Virus record (IMG/VR): IMGVR_UViG_3300030450_001823
Span: 33,236-97,235 of that record
Strand: one strand, 5' to 3'
From: a virus
Length of the DNA stretch: 64,000 nt
Below, in pieces: positions 49,462 to 58,348 of the stretch; position 1 is the stretch's first letter; the number at the start of each line of letters is the position of its first letter. The notes beneath the pieces are model-generated. The model made no database searches and had not been told where the DNA came from. It was given only the letters and a program-made list of their open reading frames with translations. Both the position numbers and the translations under genes were made by a program.

Positions 49462-50769
49462 TCATAATCCCTCCGACCAACTCATGACCGTATCTTTATC
49501 CACTCCCCAATCTTTCAAAGACTCTTCTGCTTTTCTAGTACCTTCTCTGTTAGAGAATTGAACAAATCTCTTTAGTTCTGTTTTACGCATAGGGTCTTTT
49601 TCATTTATGAAAGCAGCAACCGCTTTGGCTTGCATATCTTTCATTCTTAGGTGTGGAGTAATCTTTTTCAATAACTTAGTCAAGTCATCTTTGGAATAAA
49701 AACTAACACGGTGCTGGCTACGCTGCCCATCTTTGTACACTTTTTGGTCTAACTGTAACTTACCTGCACCTATGTTTTTGTGAAGTTGTTCACAGTGCAT
49801 ACGACCTCTATCGCCTGTAGCAATAAAACCTGCACGAGGTTCTCCTCTTTCTGTAATAGTAATGTAACCGTCAGCATCAAGGAACCCTGCTGCATAAGCC
49901 CAAGGGTCTTTGATGATAAGCCCAGTACGGTTTAGAGTCATATATTCACCTTTACGAGGCGCTTTGATAATGTTAATCTCTTCACCATACATTTTGAGTA
50001 ACTTTGCTATTCTATTTACATTCAAGCGAGGTACGCCTTTGTGAATCAAGTTTTCAGTTATTCCTCTTGCGTTTATCGAACCATGTTCTTCTATCTCAGC
50101 CTTAGCCATGTTAAGCCATTTTTGCTGCTCTTTGTTTAGATTGTCAAACTGATTGAGAGTGTTTTTCCACATTTTACGAGCATCTTTACGCATTTGCATA
50201 GCATTAACCCAAGACTGCCTCTCTTCATCACCCCATACATCTTGAAACTCATCAAGTGTTTTAAGTGTGCTTTCTGCATTTTCCCAAGTATTACATGCTC
50301 TAATTAGACTATTTTCTCGACTATTACCGAATAATCTAAGCGACTTAAGTGACTTGTCGTCAAGACCTATGCTTCTAATAGTATCTTCATAAGAAGAAGC
50401 CCAATCTAATTTGGCTAATGTAGCCTCGGTTTCTAACGCCTTTAGATTTCTAACAGCAGTAATCATTTTATCAATATCACCTTTAGAATCTTTCATAACT
50501 CTACGGGCTTTTCTAAGTTCTTTGATAACATTACTTGCGCTCTTTCCAAGAGATGACTCAAACCAACTGTCACCGGTAGGGCAAAATGGAGCATATGTCA
50601 CTTGTGGAATGTCATCTTCTTTGATAATAACAGTCTGAGATGCAATAGACTTAGCAATGTTAGAATCTACAAGAGGATGACTGGTTAAACTAGAGGCAAT
50701 TATAGACAAAACATCATTGCCCATATCCAAACTTTGGACTGGCTCTCCTACCCCTAATGATGCCCACAT
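49462..50769 (-). CDS. LAGLIDADG-domain protein with long N-terminal extension
   Basis: WAYAAGFLDADGYITI motif and ITPHLRMKDMQA C-terminal signature; ~285 aa of helical/wHTH-like sequence precede it. Confidence 0.8.
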   Translation of the reverse strand: MWASLGVGEPVQSLDMGNDVLSIIASSLTSHPLVDSNIAKSIASQTVIIKEDDIPQVTYAPFCPTGDSWFESSLGKSASNVIKELRKARRVMKDSKGDIDKMITAVRNLKALETEATLAKLDWASSYEDTIRSIGLDDKSLKSLRLFGNSRENSLIRACNTWENAESTLKTLDEFQDVWGDEERQSWVNAMQMRKDARKMWKNTLNQFDNLNKEQQKWLNMAKAEIEEHGSINARGITENLIHKGVPRLNVNRIAKLLKMYGEEINIIKAPRKGEYMTLNRTGLIIKDPWAYAAGFLDADGYITITERGEPRAGFIATGDRGRMHCEQLHKNIGAGKLQLDQKVYKDGQRSQHRVSFYSKDDLTKLLKKITPHLRMKDMQAKAVAAFINEKDPMRKTELKRFVQFSNREGTRKAEESLKDWGVDKDTVMSWSEGL

Positions 50770-50807
50770 GATTGTCTCCCCTTTTTGGTGTCATAAAACA
50801 CTTGCTA

Positions 50808-52289
50808 TCAAGCGACGAACCAAGCCCCTGCTACATTATTTTGTTCAGACTCACCAAACAGGCTATCAAATCCGGGCATGTAGTCATCTAGCGCAACTAC
50901 ATTTCCTCGGAACTCTTTGGTAGCCCAATTAGCCAGTGCTAGGCTCATAGCCAAGTCATCATGGGAGCCTACAGATTCAAGTCTGCCGTTTTTCTGCATT
51001 CCAAATCGACTAAGTTGAGTCTCAAGAGTACGAGTATATTCTTTACTTTGTTCATTGCCCCAAGGAGTTTTAATCTTACCTTGCTCAAATGCCATCAATA
51101 ATGACATAAACATACTTTCCTTGCGTTGCTTTGTTGTCATAAAGGTCTTGATAGGTATATCATCCCTCATCTCTTGTAACTCAGCGGCAAACATTCTTTG
51201 AAAGTTATTACCTTCAAGTTCAATTAAGTCAGGTTGAAAACGATTATTCAGTAAAACTATTTGTCGCTTTTGAGCAGCACCGCCTAGTCCTTTTTCATTC
51301 AAAGCATAAATGACTTGTTTATCTTCGCTATCCGGCAATGTTCTAAGTATAGTCATAGCAGTGTAGTCAGCATTAGCATCAGATGCAATTGCAGGGTCCC
51401 ATCCGATAAAGTGCTGACCAAATACACCAGCCGCTTCTCCTTCTTCATCAAACTCTTCTTCTGCTCTGTCTAATAATATCAGTTCGCTATCTCTTGCTTT
51501 TTCAAGAAGTGACATAGGAAACATACTAGACATGTCGTGGATAGGCTCACAAAGATATTCACGAGCGAATCTAATCGCTGGCATAGATTGTTCACGAACT
51601 TTCAGTGCATCTAAAGGCCATCTAGTAGGCCAAAGAGGTTCTCCCAATGCATTTATTGCAGGGTATGTCTCAACTCTAAAGGCATCTTTGTCTTCCAGTT
51701 CTGCATACAAGTCGTTGTAACTAAAAGGAGTACCGACCATCATAAGACGACCTGTGTGGTGCAGAACTGGAAGTAAGACAGTATAGAACCAATCTGCTGC
51801 TCTTTGTAATTCAGAAGCAGTGGTACCCCAAAGAATATCGTCACATACAACTACATCAGGGTGAAACCCACGAGTTGCTCCACCAACGGACTTAGCCATC
51901 ATACGGCTACCGTTAGTGAACTCAAAGTAAGACTTAGCCCAAGGTTTTCCACCACTGGGTTTCAAATGCCTAAGAACATCGCTACTTTCTATGTTATTAC
52001 GGATAAACCGCATGTGTTCAAGGGTCTGTTCTAAACTGTGACTGAATATCATAATGTGGGTTTTAGGATTAAAGGCAGCAATCCAAAGAGCATAACTCAT
52101 AAAAAATACAGACTTGCCGTGGTCACGACTTGCCTTTACACAATATCTGTTACTTTCTACTAATCCTTCTTCCCAGCACTGGTGGTGGTCCGAGTAGTCG
52201 AATTGTAAAATCTCAGTAAAGAAGTATTTGAATGACTTTTTGCACATTTGTATGTCAATGTCGTTGACGAGTTCATCCACATTTCCCAC
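50808..52289 (-). CDS. terL: Terminase large subunit
   Basis: Walker A ASRDHGKS, Walker B VVVCDDI, motif III VGTP, FAREYLC, nuclease IGWDPA and HDDLAMSLALA. Confidence 0.95.
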   Translation of the reverse strand: MGNVDELVNDIDIQMCKKSFKYFFTEILQFDYSDHHQCWEEGLVESNRYCVKASRDHGKSVFFMSYALWIAAFNPKTHIMIFSHSLEQTLEHMRFIRNNIESSDVLRHLKPSGGKPWAKSYFEFTNGSRMMAKSVGGATRGFHPDVVVCDDILWGTTASELQRAADWFYTVLLPVLHHTGRLMMVGTPFSYNDLYAELEDKDAFRVETYPAINALGEPLWPTRWPLDALKVREQSMPAIRFAREYLCEPIHDMSSMFPMSLLEKARDSELILLDRAEEEFDEEGEAAGVFGQHFIGWDPAIASDANADYTAMTILRTLPDSEDKQVIYALNEKGLGGAAQKRQIVLLNNRFQPDLIELEGNNFQRMFAAELQEMRDDIPIKTFMTTKQRKESMFMSLLMAFEQGKIKTPWGNEQSKEYTRTLETQLSRFGMQKNGRLESVGSHDDLAMSLALANWATKEFRGNVVALDDYMPGFDSLFGESEQNNVAGAWFVA

Positions 52290-52295
52290 ATCTCA

Positions 52296-53333
52296 TCACT
52301 CCATATCCTTAACCGTCTGCCATAACTCAGCATATTGCGGAGTATTTTCTCTACCTTGAGCGCGCCACTGGTTTAACTTAGCCATCATAGCCGCTTTTCC
52401 TTTAGCGGGGTCTCCACCAGCAATGACACTTCCTTGGTTAGCATTAAGTCTACTCGTTTGTTGCTCTATCCCTGCTTGCTGTTCTGCACTAGGGTCCGTA
52501 TAAGATTCATCCTTAAGATTAAACCCATCAGGTGTTTCGCTGGCACTTTCTATGTCATTAATTTCATCAGCGGCACCACCTTCTCTGCTACCCATACCCA
52601 CCGGTTGGACTATATTATTAGTAGCAGCAGGTGATGCACTAGCCAAAGTTTGTACCGGTTGCCCAGCAGCATTTTGTCCGACCATAGGAGGAGAAGGATT
52701 GGGGTTAGAAGATTGACTTACCGCAACCATAGGAGGAGAAGGATTGGGGTTAGAAGATTGACTTACCGCAACCATAGGAGGAGAAGGATTGGGTATAGGT
52801 ACAGGAGGTTGCGGTGGCGAAGGTGGAACTTGAGGTGGTTTGTAAGGAGTAACCACTGGATTTGCATTTCTACGATTTACTGCAACCAAGTTTGCGTCTG
52901 CTGCATCTTTAACGGCTGTATTTTTACGACGCATAGCGGCCATTGGATTAAACCTACTCATAGGACCTTGCCCTCTTGAACGGGCCTGTTCTGCAAGTTT
53001 AGCATTCTGTACTGCTACTTTTTGTTTATTATCCTCTCGTATGTTTGCTCTTGCTTGACCTTCTCTAGTTACGGTAGAGCGACCTAGACCTTGCCCAAGT
53101 TGTTTACCTTGAACTCCGCCTGAAATTGCTGACTGGGCCAAGCCTCCCAAACTACGATGCTGACCCGCTAAAGAACCAAGGGCACCGAGGACACCACCTG
53201 CCATACCGCCTAGTTTTTCTCTAAAAGTTTTACCTCTTGCTTTTTCATTTCCACCACCACTGGCTACCATAATTGGAGGCCCGCCACTTGCTGGATACTG
53301 TGCACCTATTCCTTTAACGAGTACTTTACCCAT
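52296..53333 (-). CDS. Low-complexity Gly/Pro/Gln-rich protein (possible internal/ejection protein)
   Basis: Gly-rich hydrophobic helix GGMAGGVLGALGSLAG, Pro-rich middle and an internal tandem repeat. Confidence 0.55.
   Translation of the reverse strand: MGKVLVKGIGAQYPASGGPPIMVASGGGNEKARGKTFREKLGGMAGGVLGALGSLAGQHRSLGGLAQSAISGGVQGKQLGQGLGRSTVTREGQARANIREDNKQKVAVQNAKLAEQARSRGQGPMSRFNPMAAMRRKNTAVKDAADANLVAVNRRNANPVVTPYKPPQVPPSPPQPPVPIPNPSPPMVAVSQSSNPNPSPPMVAVSQSSNPNPSPPMVGQNAAGQPVQTLASASPAATNNIVQPVGMGSREGGAADEINDIESASETPDGFNLKDESYTDPSAEQQAGIEQQTSRLNANQGSVIAGGDPAKGKAAMMAKLNQWRAQGRENTPQYAELWQTVKDME
52681..52793. repeat. 45-bp in-frame tandem repeat, 2.5 copies
   Basis: accataggaggagaaggattggggttagaagattgacttaccgca at 52681 and 52726, with a partial copy at 52771; encodes PNPSPPMVAVSQSSN. 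Confidence 0.95.
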
Positions 53334-55450
53334 CAGAATACACCTCCAAATGCGACTTTAACAGCCTTTACTATCTCAGGTTTAACACTCCATTCGTCAG
53401 CAACTTTGTACCAATCACCTTGGCTTTGATAAAGACCGTGCACATCTACTCCGGTGAGGCCGAGGCTTTTAGCAATGTCTTGTACATCCCAATAAGAATC
53501 AATTGAAAGCGCACGATTAGGTATCATTTTTGTAATATCTTTATCTTGACGAGCATCCATTATCTGAACTAACTCAATCTTTTTGCGTATTTCGTCTAAA
53601 TTAACCAAAATATCATCTGAGCGCTGTACCAAAGCACCGGAGCCAATATCCCAAAGTTGTTGCCTAGGGTCCATCCCTAACCTATTACCGAAGTATTGTT
53701 CTTCAAAAGGAGCGGCAGGTCTTGTAGGATAAGCAGCAGGGGCTGCTGCTGTAGGAGTAGGCATTACTTGTTGAGGCATAGGTGCAGCAGGTGCAGGTGC
53801 AGGTGTAGGTGCAAGAGGACCGACTGCTACTTTTTCTCGTTGAGGAACTGGCATTTCTCTACGAGCATTAGAAGCAGGTGCTAGGTCACTAGTACCTACG
53901 ATTCTTTTTTGCCAGTGCTCAGGTACTTCTGTATGGGTTTCGCCAAAGCCGTGTGGCAAACCACCAGCAATATGCTCAGTAGGAACTGAGCCAAGATTAA
54001 ACTTTTCATGACCTTGTGCCCCCATAATTCTACCAATTAGGTCTTCTGTTTTTTCACGCAGTCCTTCTACCGGAGCGTATCTTGACTTTTGACTTTCGTG
54101 CGCTCTTAAATTAGTAGCCGCTTGCTCAAGTGCCTGTTCTTCACTCATACCTTGTTGCATATACTTACCTGCAAGGTTACTCAAATGACCGACAATATCG
54201 GCTGCTCTGATATTAGCAGTTTTATGATAAGAAGGACCTTCGGTAGAAACAGCGGCTTTAGCATTAGAGCGGTGTAATTTATATTCTTCATCAGTATGAT
54301 GACTACCTAATTCTCTAAAGGTGTTATTAATAGCAGTTTTAACAGCACCTCCGCCACTACCTTCTAGGTTATGAGTTCGACTAAAAAATAACTTCATAGC
54401 CATTGTACCAGCCATTTGGTTTAACTCTTCGGGAGAATAGCCTTCTGTACTAACACCTGCTTGTTGCATAACACTTGCTAGTTGTTCACCAGCAGAAACA
54501 GGGTCCTCTTCACCTCCCTTTGGTCTACCTCCACCACTACCAGTAGCACCGTGATAAAATACATCAGGTAAAAGATGAGCGACTTGATGAGCATGTATGT
54601 CGCCGTGAGTTCTTTGAGAATCTAACTGACTTCTAACTTCGGGATGTAAATAATTATCAGGAGAAGTACCACTTAATCCAGCCTTTGCTGCGTCTGTTTT
54701 GTTCCAAGATACTACCAAATCATTTGTTAAATAGTTAGGCTTGAGTACAGAGTACTTAACATAAGGTAACCTTTTGTACTCATTTGGTGGCACACCTGCT
54801 GCTGCTAATTCTTCTCCAATCTCTTTGTGAAAATGAATGTGCCCACCATCAATCCAAGAACCTTGGTCTGCGCCGGTTTCAGGGTCTACATTTCCCATGT
54901 TCATTGAATATGTAACTAAAGGTCTAGGTCCTCCTTCGTAAAGAGGGGTGTCGCCTCTAATTTGCCTTTCCTCGGCGGGAGTCTTAGGGTCGATGTAATC
55001 ACCGGCAAATGTTTTTCTCCATTCAGGACTTTCAAATGGAGGCAAACCATGATTTGTATCACGAGGGTGTTTCATATTATATCTGTCAATAGCATTGTTA
55101 ATAATTTGAGTAGCAGATTCAGGTCCGTATTTTTCAGACAAGTCCTTGTGCACATAATCAATCGGGTGATGACCAAAGGCAGTACCGTCTTGATTATTTA
55201 TCAACTGCCCAGTTTGAGGATTATGCGACCAAGGAGGGTGGTCGGGTTCATTTGGGTCAGGATTAATTGCATCTTCGGGTGCCCATGAGTGAACAAACCC
55301 TCTGTTATTTTCACCACCTACTCGATAATGTAACAAACCACTCTTGCGAATATCCATTGACTCAAGATAAGCCTTTAGAAAAATACCTGAGCCGTAAGTC
55401 TTGGCTTGCTTTTTGAAATAACTATGGGCAGGTTGGTGAACTCTAAACAT
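53333..55450 (-). CDS. Hypothetical 705-aa protein (possible internal virion protein)
   Basis: Long ORF with a Pro/Ala linker and a small helical C-terminal domain; IRKSG site near the N-terminus. Confidence 0.6.
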   Translation of the reverse strand: MFRVHQPAHSYFKKQAKTYGSGIFLKAYLESMDIRKSGLLHYRVGGENNRGFVHSWAPEDAINPDPNEPDHPPWSHNPQTGQLINNQDGTAFGHHPIDYVHKDLSEKYGPESATQIINNAIDRYNMKHPRDTNHGLPPFESPEWRKTFAGDYIDPKTPAEERQIRGDTPLYEGGPRPLVTYSMNMGNVDPETGADQGSWIDGGHIHFHKEIGEELAAAGVPPNEYKRLPYVKYSVLKPNYLTNDLVVSWNKTDAAKAGLSGTSPDNYLHPEVRSQLDSQRTHGDIHAHQVAHLLPDVFYHGATGSGGGRPKGGEEDPVSAGEQLASVMQQAGVSTEGYSPEELNQMAGTMAMKLFFSRTHNLEGSGGGAVKTAINNTFRELGSHHTDEEYKLHRSNAKAAVSTEGPSYHKTANIRAADIVGHLSNLAGKYMQQGMSEEQALEQAATNLRAHESQKSRYAPVEGLREKTEDLIGRIMGAQGHEKFNLGSVPTEHIAGGLPHGFGETHTEVPEHWQKRIVGTSDLAPASNARREMPVPQREKVAVGPLAPTPAPAPAAPMPQQVMPTPTAAAPAAYPTRPAAPFEEQYFGNRLGMDPRQQLWDIGSGALVQRSDDILVNLDEIRKKIELVQIMDARQDKDITKMIPNRALSIDSYWDVQDIAKSLGLTGVDVHGLYQSQGDWYKVADEWSVKPEIVKAVKVAFGGVF

Positions 55451-57057
55451 CAGCCGACCCTCCCACTACCTCTTGCTGCAAACATAGTAGAAGGTGCGCC
55501 CCAGTTCTTAGGGTCATTTTCCATATCTTCTGTGGCACCTTCGTTTCTAGTAGTACTATCTTGGCCTTCTCGATGCCCTGCCTCTCTATTTTGACCGGGA
55601 CCTGCTGAAACAGCAGCCTTGTTATGTCTATCTCTATTTTCCATAGATTCTTTCATGCGTCTAAGTAACCTACGCATTTGGGCAAAGTGCATGTAATCCA
55701 TTTTTTTAGAAACTTCATCTAGTTGTTTTTTAACTTTAGTCAAGTCATCTGACTTAGCCAAAGACTGACCCATTAATTTAGGAGCAGTTGGTGCTCTAAT
55801 ACTCAACCCTTCTCCAGTACTTATCTTAGGAGGTTTAGGATTATATGTTCTTTCAGAACTTAAGCCGTGACCTGACATCGGTTGAGGTATGTTACCCATT
55901 AATTTACGACGAGCCACAGTACCCATTTGGTGTCTATACTTTTCAGGAAATAACTTGAGAGGTTGCTTTGTAGAAACACCAAGGTGGCTCATATGAACAG
56001 AAAGAGGACTACGCATAAGTCCATGCTTTTTACTGGGTTGTAAATATCTTGAGTGTAACTTAGAGCGACGAGAAGTAGCAGTAGATATGTTAGCACCACC
56101 GGGCTGAATACGGAATAGCGGCTGAGTCCAAGGTTTCAATTCTTTGCCACCAACTTTGTCAAGTCTACTTTTTATCAAACTACTCCAAGCGTCATCAATT
56201 GGCTCGCCTGTAGAAACCGTATTGTCATGAGCCGTACCAGCAAGTGGAGAAGCAGGTGCGCCACAATCAGGGCAAGGTTGGCTTAGAATCTTACCTTGAC
56301 AAGTAGGGCATTGTGGAAGGAGTGGGTTAATAGTCTGTACAGGAGGTCTTTTGTACCTACGCATAGTAGGTGACTCGTCTACTCTGTCTTTCATCAAACT
56401 CGACCAAGCGTTATCAATTGGCTCGCCTGTTGTAAAATAATCAGGGTCACCGTGAGCATCGCGTCTAATCATTCCCCGCCTTTGCTCACTTTCTCGCATT
56501 TCTATTACAGGCTCAGCAGCCAATCTCCTAAGTCTGTTAATTTCTGCTTGAGGGTCAATAGGAGGAGGTCTTCTACTAAACTTCTCGTCAGGAACTTCGT
56601 CATCTTTTTCTTCATTATCGTCTTCTTTCATAAGACTAGACCAAGCATCCTCCATCGGCTCACCTGTAGCAAGCATGCCGCCCGGTGCTGGCATTGTACC
56701 CGTTGCGTTACCAATACTGAGATTACCAGTATCAGGCATACCGGTCATTGCGCTGAGTTGATTACCTTCTTGATATTGGTCAGCCATAGGGTCTTCTTCT
56801 TCTTCCTCTTCCATACCCGGCATCATAGGTGGCATCTCAGGCTCAGGTTTAGGAACTTCAATAGTAAGATGTGGTAAATCAGAAGCCTGTGTTTCTGCAT
56901 CTTTTTCAGCAATGCGCTTATCCTTCGCTGCCTCCATCGCTTCGGGGTCACCTATACCATAAGTGTAATCGTCTTCATCCTTGGTATAACCAAGCATAGA
57001 CTCAGAACGAGGACTATACATCCTTGTATCAGAACCTGTACTCATATTACCCGGCAT
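55450..57057 (-). CDS. 535-aa modular protein with three TGEP.D.AWSSL.K repeats
   Basis: Acidic N-terminus, three tag copies, a CxxC...CxxC cassette and a basic C-terminal half. Confidence 0.65.
   Translation of the reverse strand: MPGNMSTGSDTRMYSPRSESMLGYTKDEDDYTYGIGDPEAMEAAKDKRIAEKDAETQASDLPHLTIEVPKPEPEMPPMMPGMEEEEEEDPMADQYQEGNQLSAMTGMPDTGNLSIGNATGTMPAPGGMLATGEPMEDAWSSLMKEDDNEEKDDEVPDEKFSRRPPPIDPQAEINRLRRLAAEPVIEMRESEQRRGMIRRDAHGDPDYFTTGEPIDNAWSSLMKDRVDESPTMRRYKRPPVQTINPLLPQCPTCQGKILSQPCPDCGAPASPLAGTAHDNTVSTGEPIDDAWSSLIKSRLDKVGGKELKPWTQPLFRIQPGGANISTATSRRSKLHSRYLQPSKKHGLMRSPLSVHMSHLGVSTKQPLKLFPEKYRHQMGTVARRKLMGNIPQPMSGHGLSSERTYNPKPPKISTGEGLSIRAPTAPKLMGQSLAKSDDLTKVKKQLDEVSKKMDYMHFAQMRRLLRRMKESMENRDRHNKAAVSAGPGQNREAGHREGQDSTTRNEGATEDMENDPKNWGAPSTMFAARGSGRVG
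56170..56667 (-). repeat. Three dispersed 42-bp in-frame repeats (56170-56211, 56389-56430, 56626-56667)
   Basis: Encode TGEPIDDAWSSLIK, TGEPIDNAWSSLMK and TGEPMEDAWSSLMK; DNA core ccaagcgt(c/t)atcaattggctcgcctgt is shared by two copies. Confidence 0.9.
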
Positions 57058-57066
57058 TTAATCAAC

Positions 57067-57768
57067 TCATATTATATCTAAAATGTCTTCACTAACTTCA
57101 CCATCAGCCTGTGACAAAAGTTTAGCCTTGACTCTTTTCCAAGTTTCAGGACTTTCCTTACCCAGTTCCACCTTTAAGACATTGATAGTATTATTGGCAA
57201 CATTAGTACTAGGTTCTGCCCATTTCTCTTGGTATTGGCTTAGGTCTTTGAGAGTTTCACGAACTTCTTTGTGCAATCTAACCATGTCAGAGATAACACC
57301 ATCGTCATGTATATTGGTCTCCTCCATAAATTGAGAAAGTTTTCCATTTAATCCTTCTACATTTTTACGAAGTATGTTAACTTCTTCTCCAACTTTGACT
57401 GAAACAATTGCAGTAGCACTTCTTTTGACCAAAGGCTGGAAATGATTTTTCATATGACGATAGACTAACTGTTCGCTGCAATCAAGTTCTGTTGCTATAT
57501 CTTCACTAGTTCTATCTCCTTCAAAGTAAGCAACTTCGTATTGCTTACGGTCATCACTTGTACATACTATACAACTATGGTTTGCACTATTATGATAATC
57601 CCCTGCGTGGTTATTCATATGTCGCTCGGATGTATTAGTTCTCCAACCCATATCTTTGTCTAACATCTTGATGTCAGCAATGCCATTAATTATGTTTTGT
57701 TCTAACTGGTCCCGCTCTTCGTGCTGGCAAAAGGGGCATGACCGCTTAGTTTGACGCTCACCGCCCAT
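57067..57768 (-). CDS. Putative terminase small subunit (tandem Zn/HTH domains plus coiled coil)
   Basis: Two CxxC...HTH...RHxxxH units followed by a helical oligomerisation region; upstream of terL. Confidence 0.5.
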   Translation of the reverse strand: MGGERQTKRSCPFCQHEERDQLEQNIINGIADIKMLDKDMGWRTNTSERHMNNHAGDYHNSANHSCIVCTSDDRKQYEVAYFEGDRTSEDIATELDCSEQLVYRHMKNHFQPLVKRSATAIVSVKVGEEVNILRKNVEGLNGKLSQFMEETNIHDDGVISDMVRLHKEVRETLKDLSQYQEKWAEPSTNVANNTINVLKVELGKESPETWKRVKAKLLSQADGEVSEDILDII

Positions 57769-57828
57769 AACGCTCCGAGAGCATGCACACGAATAACCCT
57801 TTTGAACAAAGACCGATTGCGTAGAGTA

Positions 57829-58167
57829 ATGAGATTACCTCGTTCTCCACCTAAAATAATGGGAGTTCCTGTTTCTATAGAGACTGCAAAAAGCCTAACA
57901 AGAGCCAGTAGAGATGTGTTTATGAGAAGGTTTGTAGGTAATGATATAAAACAAATAAGAATGGATATTTGCATGGTCTGCCCAAGTTGGGAGCACACTA
58001 GTAACCGATGTACTGAATGTGGTTGTCAAATGAGAGTAAAAGTCTCGCTTGCTTCTTCTGAGTGCCCATTAAAAAAATGGGGTAGGCATGTTGAATCGTC
58101 AAACGCTAGAGATTCGGCTATAGATACTACCGAGCATAAAGAAGGCACCAAAGAGTCCAGCGACTAA
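57829..58167 (+). CDS. Cys-rich small protein (DUF6171-like)
   Basis: RMDICMVC...RCTECGC.MRVK.....ECPLKKW pattern. It is the only convincing + strand gene in the late region; the start is likely ATG 57829. Confidence 0.7.
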   Translation: MRLPRSPPKIMGVPVSIETAKSLTRASRDVFMRRFVGNDIKQIRMDICMVCPSWEHTSNRCTECGCQMRVKVSLASSECPLKKWGRHVESSNARDSAIDTTEHKEGTKESSD

Positions 58168-58344
58168 GTAAGACATAGTGTCGCTACCTAATGTCCCTGA
58201 GCCTGTTACCATTACAATGCCCAATGTAACTATAATGGCTATTAGTTGAACCATCACCATATCTACTATTACGCTCTTCTTTGGTGCAAATATACTCATA
58301 GTACTACTTGCAAGTCCAATAATTGGTCCTTCTTTTGGTATCAT
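58099..58344 (-). CDS. Small two-TM membrane protein
   Basis: Two hydrophobic stretches: VIVDMVMVQLIAIIVTLGIVMV and YLVAGLFGAFFMLGSIY. Confidence 0.7.
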   Translation of the reverse strand: MIPKEGPIIGLASSTMSIFAPKKSVIVDMVMVQLIAIIVTLGIVMVTGSGTLGSDTMSYLVAGLFGAFFMLGSIYSRISSV

Positions 58345-58348
58345 AGTA

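Noticed and set aside
49462-50769. Intein or group I intron interrupting terminase or portal
   Set aside because: TerL and portal both appear complete, with their own starts and stops. There are no intein C/S...HN termini.
52681-52793. Tandem repeat as CRISPR or origin iterons
   Set aside because: No spacers; the unit is a multiple of 3 and lies inside a coding region.
56170-56667. Possible CRISPR-like mini-array (repeats with unique spacers)
   Set aside because: The spacers are ~180-195 nt, the repeats vary at synonymous positions and stay in frame, and there are no cas genes. This is a protein-level repeat.
5058-57334. Numerous + strand ORFs of 60-180 aa antisense to structural genes
   Set aside because: They are shadow ORFs of the long - strand genes with no recognisable motifs or SD sites.
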